Positions 46,320 to 56,255 of a stretch of DNA of 63,486 nucleotides are shown here, in pieces. The notes under the pieces are model-generated. The model was not told where the DNA came from. It made no database searches and saw only the letters and a list, made by a program, of their open reading frames with translations. The stretch is from Clostridia bacterium (GTDB lineage Bacteria; Bacillota; Clostridia; Oscillospirales; QAKW01). The position numbers were made by a program, and so were the translations under genes. The DNA lies in assembly GCA_017436525.1 (NCBI GenBank), contig JAFSCX010000006.1:1-63486 (forward strand), given 5' to 3'. Each line of letters opens with the position of its first letter. The stretch's first letter is position 1.

Positions 46320-46397
46320 TAAAGCCGCATTTATCAAATAAATGCGGCTTTTGTTATATAAAAATGCAAAAATTAAACAATAATATATGAAAATAGA

Positions 46398-47168
46398 TCA
46401 CAAAAGATAGCTTGGCATCTCTCTCGGCTTTGGGCTTTGGGACGCTTTTTTCTCGGTCTTTTGGGGAAGATTTTTCTTTTCCAAGTGTTCCTTAGGGGAA
46501 TGGCCGGTGGCTTTCTTAAAGGCGGCAGAAAAATAGGCTTGATTGGAAAATCCGCAAAGGGCGGCCGTCTCGGTTACAGATTTTCCTGCTCTCAAAAATT
46601 GCTTGGCAAGGTCGATTCTTCGATCAATCAAATACTCATGAACGCCGATCCCGATGAGATTGGCAAAGAGCCGCTTCAGAGAAGAGAGGCTGATGTTCAA
46701 ATGATCGGCCAAAGCTTCCAAAGTAGGGCCGTTGGCTATATCTTTTTCTAAATGCCCCATTGCTCTGAAGAAAAGTGAAAGATCACGATGGTTGCTTATT
46801 GGTGAGAGGGGCGCTTCCTTTGCCATTCTCATAATGACCAATTCCGCTAAAGGCTTACATTCTTCCTCGTCAAACCATTCGCAAAAGCGCATAGCCAAAA
46901 GAGGATCAATTTTTGCCGCATATGGAGTGGTGCCGATCTTACCATTGAATTGTAATGCAAGGCAGATGCCATTCTCTTCAAATTGAAAAAGAGAAGAAAA
47001 GGCATGGGGAGGAATCAGCAATCCTTCTCCCGGTTGAAGCTCATAAGCCTCCTCTCCTGCAATGGCGCAAAACCTGCCTTCTTGGCAGATCAGAAATAGA
47101 GAATGATCAAGGAATCTGCCTTCTCTGAAGGAAGAGTATTTTTCTTTTACTATGATTTCGATTTGCAT
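46398..47168 (-). CDS. AraC-family regulator
   Basis: LADHLNISLSSLKRLF, SVTETAALCGFSNQAYFSAAFKKATG. Confidence 0.88.
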   Translation of the reverse strand: MQIEIIVKEKYSSFREGRFLDHSLFLICQEGRFCAIAGEEAYELQPGEGLLIPPHAFSSLFQFEENGICLALQFNGKIGTTPYAAKIDPLLAMRFCEWFDEEECKPLAELVIMRMAKEAPLSPISNHRDLSLFFRAMGHLEKDIANGPTLEALADHLNISLSSLKRLFANLIGIGVHEYLIDRRIDLAKQFLRAGKSVTETAALCGFSNQAYFSAAFKKATGHSPKEHLEKKNLPQKTEKKASQSPKPREMPSYLL

Positions 47169-47261
47169 ATAAATGCACCTTCTTCTTATGAAATATTCGA
47201 AATAAACAGAAGAAATATAAAAAAGGTTCAAATTTATTGTAGCATACTATTTTTGAAATGT

Positions 47262-47307
47262 AAATAGAAAGAGCGTTAAAACTTTCGTTTTAACGCTCTT
47301 TCTATTT
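47262..47307 (-). terminator. Terminator of the microcompartment operon
   Basis: 21-bp stem AAATAGAAAGAGCGTTAAAAC-TTTC-GTTTTAACGCTCTTTCTATTT. Confidence 0.75.
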
Positions 47308-47316
47308 TGTTGATGA

Positions 47317-47964
47317 TTATTTAATAATCTTTACCTTTGCTCCGTTGCCGATTCCTGCAGCATTGGCATCATCGGTATCAATATGCATTTCCAATCGGAA
47401 GGCTTTATGGACCCGCACCTGCACATCATAGAAGGTAGTGCGCCGCTCGCCGTTGGCTTCCACATTCACATAGTCGCCATCCTTCAGGCCGAAGGCTTTT
47501 CCTTCCTCTTCGCTCATATGGATATGGCGGTTGGCAATAATGCATCCTTCCTTTAAGGAGACAACGCCCTTCGGCCCGATAATGGTGATGGGCGCGCTTC
47601 CTGCGATATCACCCGATTCACGAACGGGAGGCTTTACCTTCAGCGTGAAAGAATCGGTACGGGAGATCTCCACTTGAGATGAAGAGCGTACCGGCCCCAA
47701 TACACGGACCCCTTCAATGGGCCGCATGGCAGGGCCCACAATGGTCAATACCTCTTTGCAGGCGTATTGGCCGGGCTGAGAAAGATCTTTGCAAGGGGTC
47801 AGCTGATAGCCTTTGCCGAAAAGGGTTTCCACATCCTGCTGGGAAAGATGAATATGACGGTTGGATACACCGACGGGAACAGTTCCGTTTTGATTAGTAT
47901 CAGCTCCGCACTGAGCCATTACGCGATTTACAATTTCTGCGACTAAACTTGCGTCGTATGCCAT
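47317..47964 (-). CDS. pduL: PduL phosphotransacylase with N-terminal encapsulation peptide
   Basis: VGVSNRHIHL, LSQPGQYA, RVLGPVR, QVEISRTD, RESGD, RHIHM, MHIDTDDANA. Confidence 0.92.
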   Translation of the reverse strand: MAYDASLVAEIVNRVMAQCGADTNQNGTVPVGVSNRHIHLSQQDVETLFGKGYQLTPCKDLSQPGQYACKEVLTIVGPAMRPIEGVRVLGPVRSSSQVEISRTDSFTLKVKPPVRESGDIAGSAPITIIGPKGVVSLKEGCIIANRHIHMSEEEGKAFGLKDGDYVNVEANGERRTTFYDVQVRVHKAFRLEMHIDTDDANAAGIGNGAKVKIIK

Positions 47965-47990
47965 GATGATCCTCCTTTTAAGAGATGATA

Positions 47991-48257
47991 TTAATAAATG
48001 CCGGTACCGCTATCGACAATTCCTACGATTGCGGCATCAATGGGAGCGGTTTCTTTGGCGCATCCGATGCGGGCGGCGCTTCCTTGCGCAACTAAGACAA
48101 TCTCGCCGATTCCTGCGCCCACATTGTCGACAGCGATCAGCCGCTCCTTCGCCCCTGCCATTCCTTCCATAGGCTCAACGATCATCAGCTTGCAGCCGAT
48201 CAGCTTTTCATTTTTTTTGGTGGATACAACGCTTCCGACTACTGATCCGACAATCAT
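47991..48257 (-). CDS. BMC vertex pentamer (EutN/CcmL family)
   Basis: GSVVSTKKNEKL.G.KL, AVDNVGAGIGE, GSAAR, PIDAAIVGIVD. Confidence 0.93.
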   Translation of the reverse strand: MIVGSVVGSVVSTKKNEKLIGCKLMIVEPMEGMAGAKERLIAVDNVGAGIGEIVLVAQGSAARIGCAKETAPIDAAIVGIVDSGTGIY

Positions 48258-48303
48258 TGGCAAAGGCGCTCCTTTCAAAATATTGAACCGATTTCGATAT
48301 AAA

Positions 48304-48372
48304 CGGCTTATTTAAGCTGAAAATATATATTTTCAGCTTAAATAAGCCGAGGGAGCATCACTGCTCCCTCGG
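48304..48372. repeat. Perfect 46-bp palindrome plus adjacent GC-rich hairpin
   Basis: CGGCTTATTTAAGCTGAAAATAT|ATATTTTCAGCTTAAATAAGCCG (48304-48349); CCGAGGGAGCA-TCAC-TGCTCCCTCGG (48347-48372). Confidence 0.9.
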
Positions 48373-48381
48373 TAAGTACTC

Positions 48382-48660
48382 TTATTTCAAAGAGGGCAGG
48401 ATCTTTTCCACATCCTCGTGGGGACGGGGGATCACATGAGTAGCAATCAGCTCGCCCAGACGGGAAGCAGACTGAGAGCCGGCTTCAACAGCAGACTTAA
48501 CAGCGCCTACATCGCCGCGAACCATTACAGATACCAAACCGGAGCCGATCTTCTCGGTGCCGATGAGCTGCACATTGGCTGCTTTTACCATTGCATCTGC
48601 TGCCTCGATAGCGGCAACCAGACCGCGGGTCTCAACCATACCTAATGCTTCAAGTGCCAT
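48382..48660 (-). CDS. BMC shell hexamer (PduA/EutM-like)
   Basis: [26 protein letters not shown] pore motif, RGDVGAV, HVIPRPH. Confidence 0.96.
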   Translation of the reverse strand: MALEALGMVETRGLVAAIEAADAMVKAANVQLIGTEKIGSGLVSVMVRGDVGAVKSAVEAGSQSASRLGELIATHVIPRPHEDVEKILPSLK

Positions 48661-48725
48661 TTTTCTTTCCTCCTGTATTATTTTCTATTGCCAAGTGATT
48701 AATTTTCACTTCATAGCCTTAAAAA

Positions 48726-49196
48726 TTATTGCTCAAAAACCTTCTTGCCGAAGGCTGCCAGAGCAGTATCCTGCTCTTCGCTGCCGCCGCTGACCCCAAG
48801 GCCGCCGATGATATTTCCAAAGGCATCGCACAGGGGCTCGCCACCGCCGAAGATGACAATTTTGCCCTGATTGGTAAATTGGATTCCGTAGAGAGGCTGG
48901 TTGGGCTGCGCCAAGGGCTTCAGCGCTGCGGTGGACATCTTCAACGCCACGACAGTAAAGGCCTTCTGCACCGCCACATCATAGCTTGCGATATAGGCAT
49001 CGTCCATACATTCCACCAAGATGGGGTGGCCTGCTTGATCAGCAATGGCAACCACTGCCTTGACACCTACTCTTGCTGCCTCTTTTCGGATTTCCTCGCT
49101 TAAAGCCCGCGCCCGCTCTAAGGTGAGAGGGGCAGTGGCTTTTTTAATCTCCTTTGCGACCAGATCGGTCAAAAGGGTTAAGCGTTCGTTATCCAT
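48726..49196 (-). CDS. GlcG/HbpS-family heme-binding protein (PduO C-terminal-like)
   Basis: MDDAYIASYDVAVQKAFT, FGGGEPL, IGGLGVSGGSEEQD. Confidence 0.88.
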   Translation of the reverse strand: MDNERLTLLTDLVAKEIKKATAPLTLERARALSEEIRKEAARVGVKAVVAIADQAGHPILVECMDDAYIASYDVAVQKAFTVVALKMSTAALKPLAQPNQPLYGIQFTNQGKIVIFGGGEPLCDAFGNIIGGLGVSGGSEEQDTALAAFGKKVFEQ

Positions 49197-49200
49197 GGGT

Positions 49201-49992
49201 TTATTTCCCGAGCTGCTCCACTACGCGGCGGGTGATTTCAGCGACCAGATCCTGATCTGCACCATGATTGCAATTACCGCCGCAACCATGGCAGGAGGGT
49301 TTGCCGCTCTGAACATTGGGGCAAAGATCAGCGGGATGTTTGCCCTTCATGCCAAACTGACGGCGAATCTCATAAAGGCGCTGAACCTGAGCCTCGTTGA
49401 GCTCCTGAGGACCGCCCAGCTGCTTGGAGATGTAGAGCAGATTTGCATAGAATTCAACAGACTCCATTTTGTGATAAGCTGCCAGCAGATTGTCGGCATA
49501 AGAGAGAGCGCCGTGATTCTCCAGCAATACTGCATCAAAGGACTGCAGATACTTGGATACTGCGTTGGGGATCTCCTCGGTAGAGGGAGTGCCGTATTCA
49601 GCGATGGGTACACAGCCTAAGGTGATAACAGCCTCGGGCATGATGGGCTGGGTCAGAGGAATGCCTGCGATGGCAAAGCCGGTAGCATACATGGGATGAG
49701 CATGTACGACAGCGTTTACATCGGGGCGCTCCTTATAAACCCGCATATGCATTTTGATCTCGGAAGAGGGCTTGAAATTGCCGTTGGCTTGAATGACATT
49801 GCCGTCCCGATCTACTTTGCAGATATACTCGGGGGTCATGAAGCCTTTGCTCACGCCGGTGGGGGTGCAGAGGAATTCATTGTCGCTGATCTTTACAGAG
49901 ATGTTACCGTCGTTGGCAGCAACCATACCCCGGTTGTAGATCCGCTTACCGATTTCGCAGATTTCTTTTTTGATGGCATATTCGTTTACCAT
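49201..49992 (-). CDS. Class II aldolase (fuculose-1-phosphate aldolase-like) with C-terminal encapsulation peptide
   Basis: AANDGNIS, TPTGVSKG, PSSE..MH, VVHAHP, LENHG; tail DLVAEITRRVVEQL. Confidence 0.88.
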   Translation of the reverse strand: MVNEYAIKKEICEIGKRIYNRGMVAANDGNISVKISDNEFLCTPTGVSKGFMTPEYICKVDRDGNVIQANGNFKPSSEIKMHMRVYKERPDVNAVVHAHPMYATGFAIAGIPLTQPIMPEAVITLGCVPIAEYGTPSTEEIPNAVSKYLQSFDAVLLENHGALSYADNLLAAYHKMESVEFYANLLYISKQLGGPQELNEAQVQRLYEIRRQFGMKGKHPADLCPNVQSGKPSCHGCGGNCNHGADQDLVAEITRRVVEQLGK

Positions 49993-50017
49993 TTTTATTG
50001 TCTCCTTCGCTTAAAAA

Positions 50018-50084
50018 TAGTTTGTTTTTGTTTGTTTTGATTTGATTATGCTTTGATTTTACCATAGAATCGCGGGAAAGTCAA
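50018..50084 (-). promoter_or_regulatory. sigmaA promoter of the BMC operon with downstream CAAA direct-repeat tract
   Basis: TTGACT (50084-50079)-17-(TG)TAAAAT (50061-50056), followed by ATCAAATCAAAACAAACAAAAACAAAC. Confidence 0.65.
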
Positions 50085-50131
50085 CATTAAAATCTGTTTT
50101 TATCTTTATTTTTGCGAATTTTTTTGGTTTT

Positions 50132-51007
50132 TTATTTTTTTGAAGGGTTGATTTCATTCCAAAGAGTGAAGCCGAGGATCAAAAGACCGCCAATGATTTG
50201 AGGGAGGCTCAGCGGCTCTCCCAGCAAGGTTACCGAAAGGAGGACCGCTACCAGCGGATCAATATAGCTGAGAATGGCGGCTTTTTGGCCGCTCAGATCC
50301 TTGAGAGAAGTGAAATAGAGGCAATAGGTAACGCCGGTGTGCAGAAGACCTACAATCAAAAGGCAGACCCAACCTGCGCGGTTCAAGGCACCCAGAGGAA
50401 CTCCGCCCGAGAAGCCCACATAAGGGAGCAGGACAAGAATGGCGGCAAGGAATTGCAAAAAGGTACGCTGAAGGCCGCCGACCGTCTTAATAAATTTATT
50501 GAGCAGAATGACGGTGGCATAGAGGCAGGCGGCGCCGAGCCCAAAGAGGATGCCGAGGAAATGGTTGCTGCCGGCAGAAAGGGGGCCGATGCCGGTGATC
50601 AGTAGAATCCCCAGCGTCGACATCCCAAAGCAGATCCATTGCTTGGCCCCCATTTTCTCCTTGAATAATAAAGGGCAGGCAAGGGTTACCAGGACGGGGG
50701 CGAAATAATAAGTAAGGGTTGCCACCGATACGGTGGTATATTTATAAGCCTCAAAAAGCAAAATCCAATTAAACCCCATGGCCGCGCCGGATAAAAGCAA
50801 GAGGGGCAGCTCTTTTTTTATGGTAGAGAGGGAAAGCTTTTCTTTTTTCAAAAAAAGAAAAAGACCGATCATGGCAGCTGCCAGCAACGCGCGGCAGAGG
50901 GCAAGGGCACCGGAGGGGAGCGCAATCAGGCGGACAAAGGGCCCCAGTGTGCCAAACATGATCATGGAAAAGATCAGCATCCAGCGGGAATCAAAATGAC
51001 GTTTCAT
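50132..51007 (-). CDS. EamA/DMT-family transporter
   Basis: ~10 TMs; FEAYKYTTVSVAT, AILSYIDPLVA. Confidence 0.9.
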   Translation of the reverse strand: MKRHFDSRWMLIFSMIMFGTLGPFVRLIALPSGALALCRALLAAAMIGLFLFLKKEKLSLSTIKKELPLLLLSGAAMGFNWILLFEAYKYTTVSVATLTYYFAPVLVTLACPLLFKEKMGAKQWICFGMSTLGILLITGIGPLSAGSNHFLGILFGLGAACLYATVILLNKFIKTVGGLQRTFLQFLAAILVLLPYVGFSGGVPLGALNRAGWVCLLIVGLLHTGVTYCLYFTSLKDLSGQKAAILSYIDPLVAVLLSVTLLGEPLSLPQIIGGLLILGFTLWNEINPSKK

Positions 51008-51146
51008 AAAAATAAAACCTTTCTCAATGTTGGTTTTATTATAAATGAATAAATGGAGCTGCGTCAAGAAAAAAGAAATTTAAGATGACAAAGCGGTGCA
51101 AGCGCGGTATAATAAAATAAACTATAATATTAAAGGAAGAAAAGAA

Positions 51147-51677
51147 ATGAATTTTTCTCAAATTGCAACGGGGCGGCAATCCTGCCGCAATTTTGAAAAA
51201 GATCGGCCCATTGAGAAGGAAAAGCTTTCTGCAATTTTGGAAGCGGGGCGGCTCGCGCCTTCTGCTTGCAACGGCCAACCCTATCATTTCACTATGTGTA
51301 TCGGGGAGTCGGCAAAAGCGGTCGCGAAAGCAACGCAGGGGATGGGGATGAATCATTTTACAGACGATGCGGCAGCGATGCTGGTCCTCTCCGAGAAGCC
51401 CTATTGCCGCTCTGCGGGGGTAGGGGCAAAATTGAAAAAGAATGACTATCGCTCCATTGATATCGGGATTGCAGCTGCCTATCTCACCGCTGAAGCGCAG
51501 GCGCAGGGCGTGGCCTCTTGCATCTTGGGTTGGCTGGATGATAGCAAGCTGCGAAAGATTTGCGGGCTGGATGGTGCGGCGCGGCTGGTCATCGCTTTGG
51601 GCTATGCCAAGGAGGGAGATCCCTTGCGCAAAAAGAAGCGGAAAAGCGCAGATGAATTGATTACTTGGAAGGAATGA
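51147..51677 (+). CDS. Nitroreductase-family protein
   Basis: RQSCRNF, GRLAPSACNGQP, DIGIAA, GVASCILG, IALGY. Confidence 0.9.
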   Translation: MNFSQIATGRQSCRNFEKDRPIEKEKLSAILEAGRLAPSACNGQPYHFTMCIGESAKAVAKATQGMGMNHFTDDAAAMLVLSEKPYCRSAGVGAKLKKNDYRSIDIGIAAAYLTAEAQAQGVASCILGWLDDSKLRKICGLDGAARLVIALGYAKEGDPLRKKKRKSADELITWKE

Positions 51678-51682
51678 TCGGG

Positions 51683-52159
51683 ATGTTTCGTGAATTGCAA
51701 AGAAAAAAGAATAAGCTGCCCCAAGAGAGCTGCATCGCCCTCTTGAGAAAAGAGACCCGCGGCGTTCTTTCGGTGCTGGGGGATGACGGATATCCTTATG
51801 GCATGCCCATGAATCATTATTATAATGAAGCGGATGGAAAGCTTTATTTTCATTGCGGAAGATCGGGCCATCGGCTGGATGCGCTGAGAAAGCAGAATAA
51901 GGCTTCTTTCTGCGTCTATGATAAAGGGGTGCGCAAAGAGGGGGAATGGGCGCTGAATGTCTGCAGTGTGATCGCCTTTGGGAAGGTGGAGATTATCGAG
52001 GATCTTGAGCAGATCGCAACGATCACCCGAGAGCTTAGTTATAAATTTACGCAGGATGAAGCCTATATCCAAAGAGAGATCGAGCAATTTGCAGATAAAA
52101 CCTATCTTTTGGCCATGACGATTGAGCATCTTTGCGGAAAAGAGGTCAATGAATCGTAA
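51683..52159 (+). CDS. Nim-like / pyridoxamine 5'-phosphate oxidase-family protein
   Basis: MFRE..RK, GDDGYPYG.P, LYFHC...GH..DA, SFCV, SVIAFG. Confidence 0.8.
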   Translation: MFRELQRKKNKLPQESCIALLRKETRGVLSVLGDDGYPYGMPMNHYYNEADGKLYFHCGRSGHRLDALRKQNKASFCVYDKGVRKEGEWALNVCSVIAFGKVEIIEDLEQIATITRELSYKFTQDEAYIQREIEQFADKTYLLAMTIEHLCGKEVNES

Positions 52160-52526
52160 TATGACAGAAGTAATATTAAAATATATAGAAGAAACCTATG
52201 GCGCTTCTCCGGAATTTTTATGGAAGGATCTTCCCGATGCGGCAGCGCTGCGCCACCCTTGCGGGAAATGGTTTGGGGTGTGGATGCGGATCTCTCGCCG
52301 TAAATTGGGCCTTGCGGAAGAGGCACCGGTGGAGGTGCTGAATCTGAAGCGGGATCCCATGCTGGGCCTTGCGGATGGCAGGCGGATTTTTCCCGCCTAT
52401 CATATGAATAAGGAGCATTGGATTACGGTATTGCTGGATGGTTCGGTTCCCTTTGAAGAGTTAAAGGGCCTGATCGCCATGAGTTACGATATGATTGAGA
52501 ATAAAAGGGGCTGTAAAAAATCGTAA
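52149..52526 (+). CDS. MmcQ/YjbR-family protein
   Basis: PEFLW, KWF, LNLK, PAYHMNKEHWITV, SY. Confidence 0.88.
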   Translation: MNRNMTEVILKYIEETYGASPEFLWKDLPDAAALRHPCGKWFGVWMRISRRKLGLAEEAPVEVLNLKRDPMLGLADGRRIFPAYHMNKEHWITVLLDGSVPFEELKGLIAMSYDMIENKRGCKKS

Positions 52527-52566
52527 TGATTTTTTACAGCCCCTTTTGCGGTTCAAATTTTTTACA

Positions 52567-53247
52567 TTATTTTATAGGAAGATAGGAAAGATATTCGTTA
52601 ACGGCATCGAAAAGCTCTGTAGGTTTACCTGCAGATGCATCTTCCAACTGATCGATCAGATGATTGAATTCTTTTTCACCGATGGCATCGGAAAGATCCT
52701 GATATTTGCCGCCTTTGAAATCCTTTAGCAATGTGGCATAGTCCCTTTTTACTACCTTTGCATACATTTCGTTGTATTTCTCTTTGGAAAGCTCCTTCAA
52801 AAGGGGTGCGTATTCCTCGCCCAGTCTCGCAATCAATTGGGGGTAAAGGCTCTCGATAATGGCGGAATAATCTCCGCTTATGAGGCTTTTGGTGAGACCG
52901 AAGAGTTCGTCGGCGCTTTGGAATTGGGTCTGCAGTTGATCGTTGATGGCGGGCAAAAGCAAATTTGCGGCAAAATTCAAAGCCAGCGAAACCGCCAAGA
53001 TGGCAGAAGCAATTCTGACGACCATCCATGCAAAGACCGCCCGCGCAAAATTTTTCATGCTTTTCTTTTTGGGGGCAAACATGAATACAATGCAGGCAAT
53101 CAAACCAACCACCGGAATGGCAAACAAAGCAATCAGGCCGAAAAATACCCAAAAGCCCACATTCTCTTTTTGAATCTCCGTAGTTTGCGGGGCGACCGTT
53201 TCTTCGGATTGAAGAGCGGGTTCCTGCTGAATTAAAGGATTCTCCAT
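52567..53247 (-). CDS. Hypothetical membrane protein
   Basis: AAAGGA RBS; IPVVGLI..MKNFARA hydrophobic hairpin; downstream of secA. Confidence 0.7.
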   Translation of the reverse strand: MENPLIQQEPALQSEETVAPQTTEIQKENVGFWVFFGLIALFAIPVVGLIACIVFMFAPKKKSMKNFARAVFAWMVVRIASAILAVSLALNFAANLLLPAINDQLQTQFQSADELFGLTKSLISGDYSAIIESLYPQLIARLGEEYAPLLKELSKEKYNEMYAKVVKRDYATLLKDFKGGKYQDLSDAIGEKEFNHLIDQLEDASAGKPTELFDAVNEYLSYLPIK

Positions 53248-53269
53248 TTCTAAAAATTCCTTTCTGATT

Positions 53270-56089
53270 TTAAGAATTTTCTTTACCGGGGGCGCCGCAG
53301 CATTTTTTATATTTTTTGCCGCTGCCGCAGGGGCAGGGATCATTGGGGCCTACCTTCTTGCCTACCTTGGCGGGGGCTTTTTTCTTGGCATCGGAGCCAT
53401 CGCCGCCGGAGGTGCCGGTCTCTTTGGCTACCGCCTCCCGCTTGACCTCTTCTTCCTTGCGAAGGCGCAGGGAGAGCAAGCCGCGGACCGTCTCTTCCTT
53501 GATATTTTCGGTCATGGCATCAAAGATATCATAGCTTTGGAATTTGAATTCCACCACGGGGCTTCGCTGGCCGTAGGCCTCAAGGCCGATCCCTTGGCGC
53601 AGATCGTCCATATTATCAATATGCTCCATCCAATTGCGGTCTACGCTCCGAAGGAGCACCACCCGCTCGGCTTCCCGCATGATCTCGGCGCCCAGCTCTT
53701 GCTCTTTTTTCTCATAGGCTTCAAGGCCTTTTTGCTCCAGAATCTCGGCCACGTCCTCCGTGGTAAGCTCCATCAGCTGCTCTTTGGTATATTGAAGATC
53801 CTCGGGAGAGAGGACCAAGCCATCCAGCTCACGGTGCAAGCCTTCGAAATCCCAAAGGGTGGTATCTTCCCCGCCGATATGGCGGGCAGCCTCGCTTACC
53901 AGATAATCCTTCATCATCTTCAGGATATTCTCTTTCACATCGGCATTATCCAATACCTTTGCCCGCTGCTCATAGATCAGCTCACGCTGCTTGTTCATAA
54001 CATCATCGTATTCCAATACATGCTTACGACGGCCAAAGTTGACTCCTTCAACCCGCTCTTGGCTCCGCTCAATAACGCCGGTGAGGATCTTGGCCTCGAT
54101 GGGCAGATCTTCGGGCATTTTCAAGGTGCTCATCATCGCATTGACCCGTTCGCCGCCGAAGAGGCGCATCAGATCGTCTTGCAAAGAGAGGTAGAAGCGG
54201 GTAGAGCCGGGGTCCCCCTGACGGGCGGCGCGGCCCCGCAGCTGATTGTCAATCCGGCGGCTCTCATGGCGCTCAGTGCCCAATATAAAGAGACCGCCTG
54301 CTGCCCGTACCTTTTCCGCCTCCGCTTGAATGGCTTCTTTGAATTCATGGAGGGATTGCTGATAGAAGGCGCGTGCCTCTAAGATCATGGGATCATCGGT
54401 CTCGGCAAAGCCGGTGGCTTCGATGATGATCTCATCCTCATACCCCTTCTTTACAAGGGCTTCGTTGGCTAAAAATTCTGCATTACCGCCCAGCATAATA
54501 TCGGTGCCGCGGCCGGCCATGTTGGTGGCAATGGTAACCGCGCCGAATTTACCTGCCTGCGCGATGATAGCCGCCTCTTTTTCATGGTGCTTGGCATTGA
54601 GGACATGATGGGGGATGCCGCGGCGCTTCAGAAGGGCGCTGAGCAGCTCGCTCTTTTCGATGGAGATGGTGCCCACCAGAACCGGCTGGCCCTTTTCATG
54701 GCACTCCTCGATCTGCTTGATGACATTTAAGAATTTTCCCTGCTCGGTCTTGAAGACCATATCGGGATAATCGATACGGATGTTGGGGCGGTTGGTGGGG
54801 ATCTCGACCACGTCCAAGGCATAAATATGGCGGAATTCATCCTCCTCGGTCAGCGCGGTGCCGGTCATGCCGGAAAGCTTGCCGTAGAGGCGGAAATAAT
54901 TCTGCAAGGTGATGGAGGCAAGGGTCTTGCTCTCCTTTTCCACCTTAACCCCTTCTTTGGCTTCCAAGGCCTGATGGAGGCCTTGGTTATACCGCCGCCC
55001 ATACATAATACGGCCGGTGAATTCATCGACAATCAGCACCTGCCCGTCTTTGACCACATAGTCGATATCCCGCTTCATGGTGCCGCGGGCTTTGAGGGCT
55101 TGGTTGATATGGTGGGAGACCTCCATATTGGAGGGATCGGCCAGATTTTCAAGATTGAAGAATTTTTCCGCCTTGGCAATTCCTTTGGCGGTGAGGGTGG
55201 CAGAGCGGCTTTTTTCCTCGATGAGATAATCGGCTTGGCAAAGCTCCTTATGCTGCTCTTCGGTGAGGAAGCGGCTCATCAGCACCGGCTCATATTCCAT
55301 TTTGGCATAGGCATCGTAATCGGCCTTATCATCCGTCCGCACTGCTTTGAAGGAGCGTAAGGATTTTACAAAGTTATCCGCCAGCTGATACATCTCGGTG
55401 GATTTTGCACCCTGACCGCTGATGATCAAGGGGGTGCGGGCTTCATCGATCAGAATGGAATCCACCTCATCCACAATGGCGAAAGCGTGGCCGCGCTGCA
55501 CCTGATCGGCCTTATAGAGGGCCATGTTATCCCGAAGATAATCAAAGCCGAATTCATTGTTGGTTCCGTAGGTAATATCGGCATCATAGGCTATCTTCTT
55601 CTCCTCCGGCTTCATGCCGTTGACCACCAAGCCGACCTTGAGCCCCAGATAGCGATAAACCTTCCCCATCCATTCACTATCGCGGCGGGCAAGATAATCG
55701 TTGACGGTTACAACATGGACCCCATTGCCCGCAAGGGCATTGAGATAGGCAGGGAGGGTGGCCACTAAGGTCTTCCCTTCACCGGTCTTCATCTCGGCAA
55801 TTCTGCCCTGATGGAGGACAATGCCGCCGATGATCTGCACCGGATAGTGCTTCATTCCCAGCACCCGCCATGCAGCCTCCCGCATGGTGGCAAAGGCCTC
55901 GGGCAGGATTTCATCGGTGGTGGCCCCTTTCGCAAGCCGCTCCTTGAGCGCGGCGGTCTTTCCTTTAAGCGCTTCTTCCGAGAGGGCGGCGAATTCTTCT
56001 TCCAATGCCAAGACAGCCTCTACAGTAGGCTGAATTCTTTTTAACTCCCGATCGGAATGAGAGCCGAAAAGTTTATTAAAAAATCCCAT
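53270..56089 (-). CDS. secA: Preprotein translocase subunit SecA
   Basis: [53 protein letters not shown]-terminal [13 protein letters not shown]. Confidence 0.98.
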   Translation of the reverse strand: MGFFNKLFGSHSDRELKRIQPTVEAVLALEEEFAALSEEALKGKTAALKERLAKGATTDEILPEAFATMREAAWRVLGMKHYPVQIIGGIVLHQGRIAEMKTGEGKTLVATLPAYLNALAGNGVHVVTVNDYLARRDSEWMGKVYRYLGLKVGLVVNGMKPEEKKIAYDADITYGTNNEFGFDYLRDNMALYKADQVQRGHAFAIVDEVDSILIDEARTPLIISGQGAKSTEMYQLADNFVKSLRSFKAVRTDDKADYDAYAKMEYEPVLMSRFLTEEQHKELCQADYLIEEKSRSATLTAKGIAKAEKFFNLENLADPSNMEVSHHINQALKARGTMKRDIDYVVKDGQVLIVDEFTGRIMYGRRYNQGLHQALEAKEGVKVEKESKTLASITLQNYFRLYGKLSGMTGTALTEEDEFRHIYALDVVEIPTNRPNIRIDYPDMVFKTEQGKFLNVIKQIEECHEKGQPVLVGTISIEKSELLSALLKRRGIPHHVLNAKHHEKEAAIIAQAGKFGAVTIATNMAGRGTDIMLGGNAEFLANEALVKKGYEDEIIIEATGFAETDDPMILEARAFYQQSLHEFKEAIQAEAEKVRAAGGLFILGTERHESRRIDNQLRGRAARQGDPGSTRFYLSLQDDLMRLFGGERVNAMMSTLKMPEDLPIEAKILTGVIERSQERVEGVNFGRRKHVLEYDDVMNKQRELIYEQRAKVLDNADVKENILKMMKDYLVSEAARHIGGEDTTLWDFEGLHRELDGLVLSPEDLQYTKEQLMELTTEDVAEILEQKGLEAYEKKEQELGAEIMREAERVVLLRSVDRNWMEHIDNMDDLRQGIGLEAYGQRSPVVEFKFQSYDIFDAMTENIKEETVRGLLSLRLRKEEEVKREAVAKETGTSGGDGSDAKKKAPAKVGKKVGPNDPCPCGSGKKYKKCCGAPGKENS

Positions 56090-56255
56090 GATTTTCGCTC
56101 CTTTTGGTTTCGTTCTTTCTATTTTACCATATCTTTCCCGATTACACAATGAATTTTCAGTAAAATTTATGTAAATAAAGGGATTGAAAATCGTTAAAAA
56201 TAATGGTAAAATATTGTTTGGTAAAAAATAAATTCATATAAAGGAGATCAATGTT

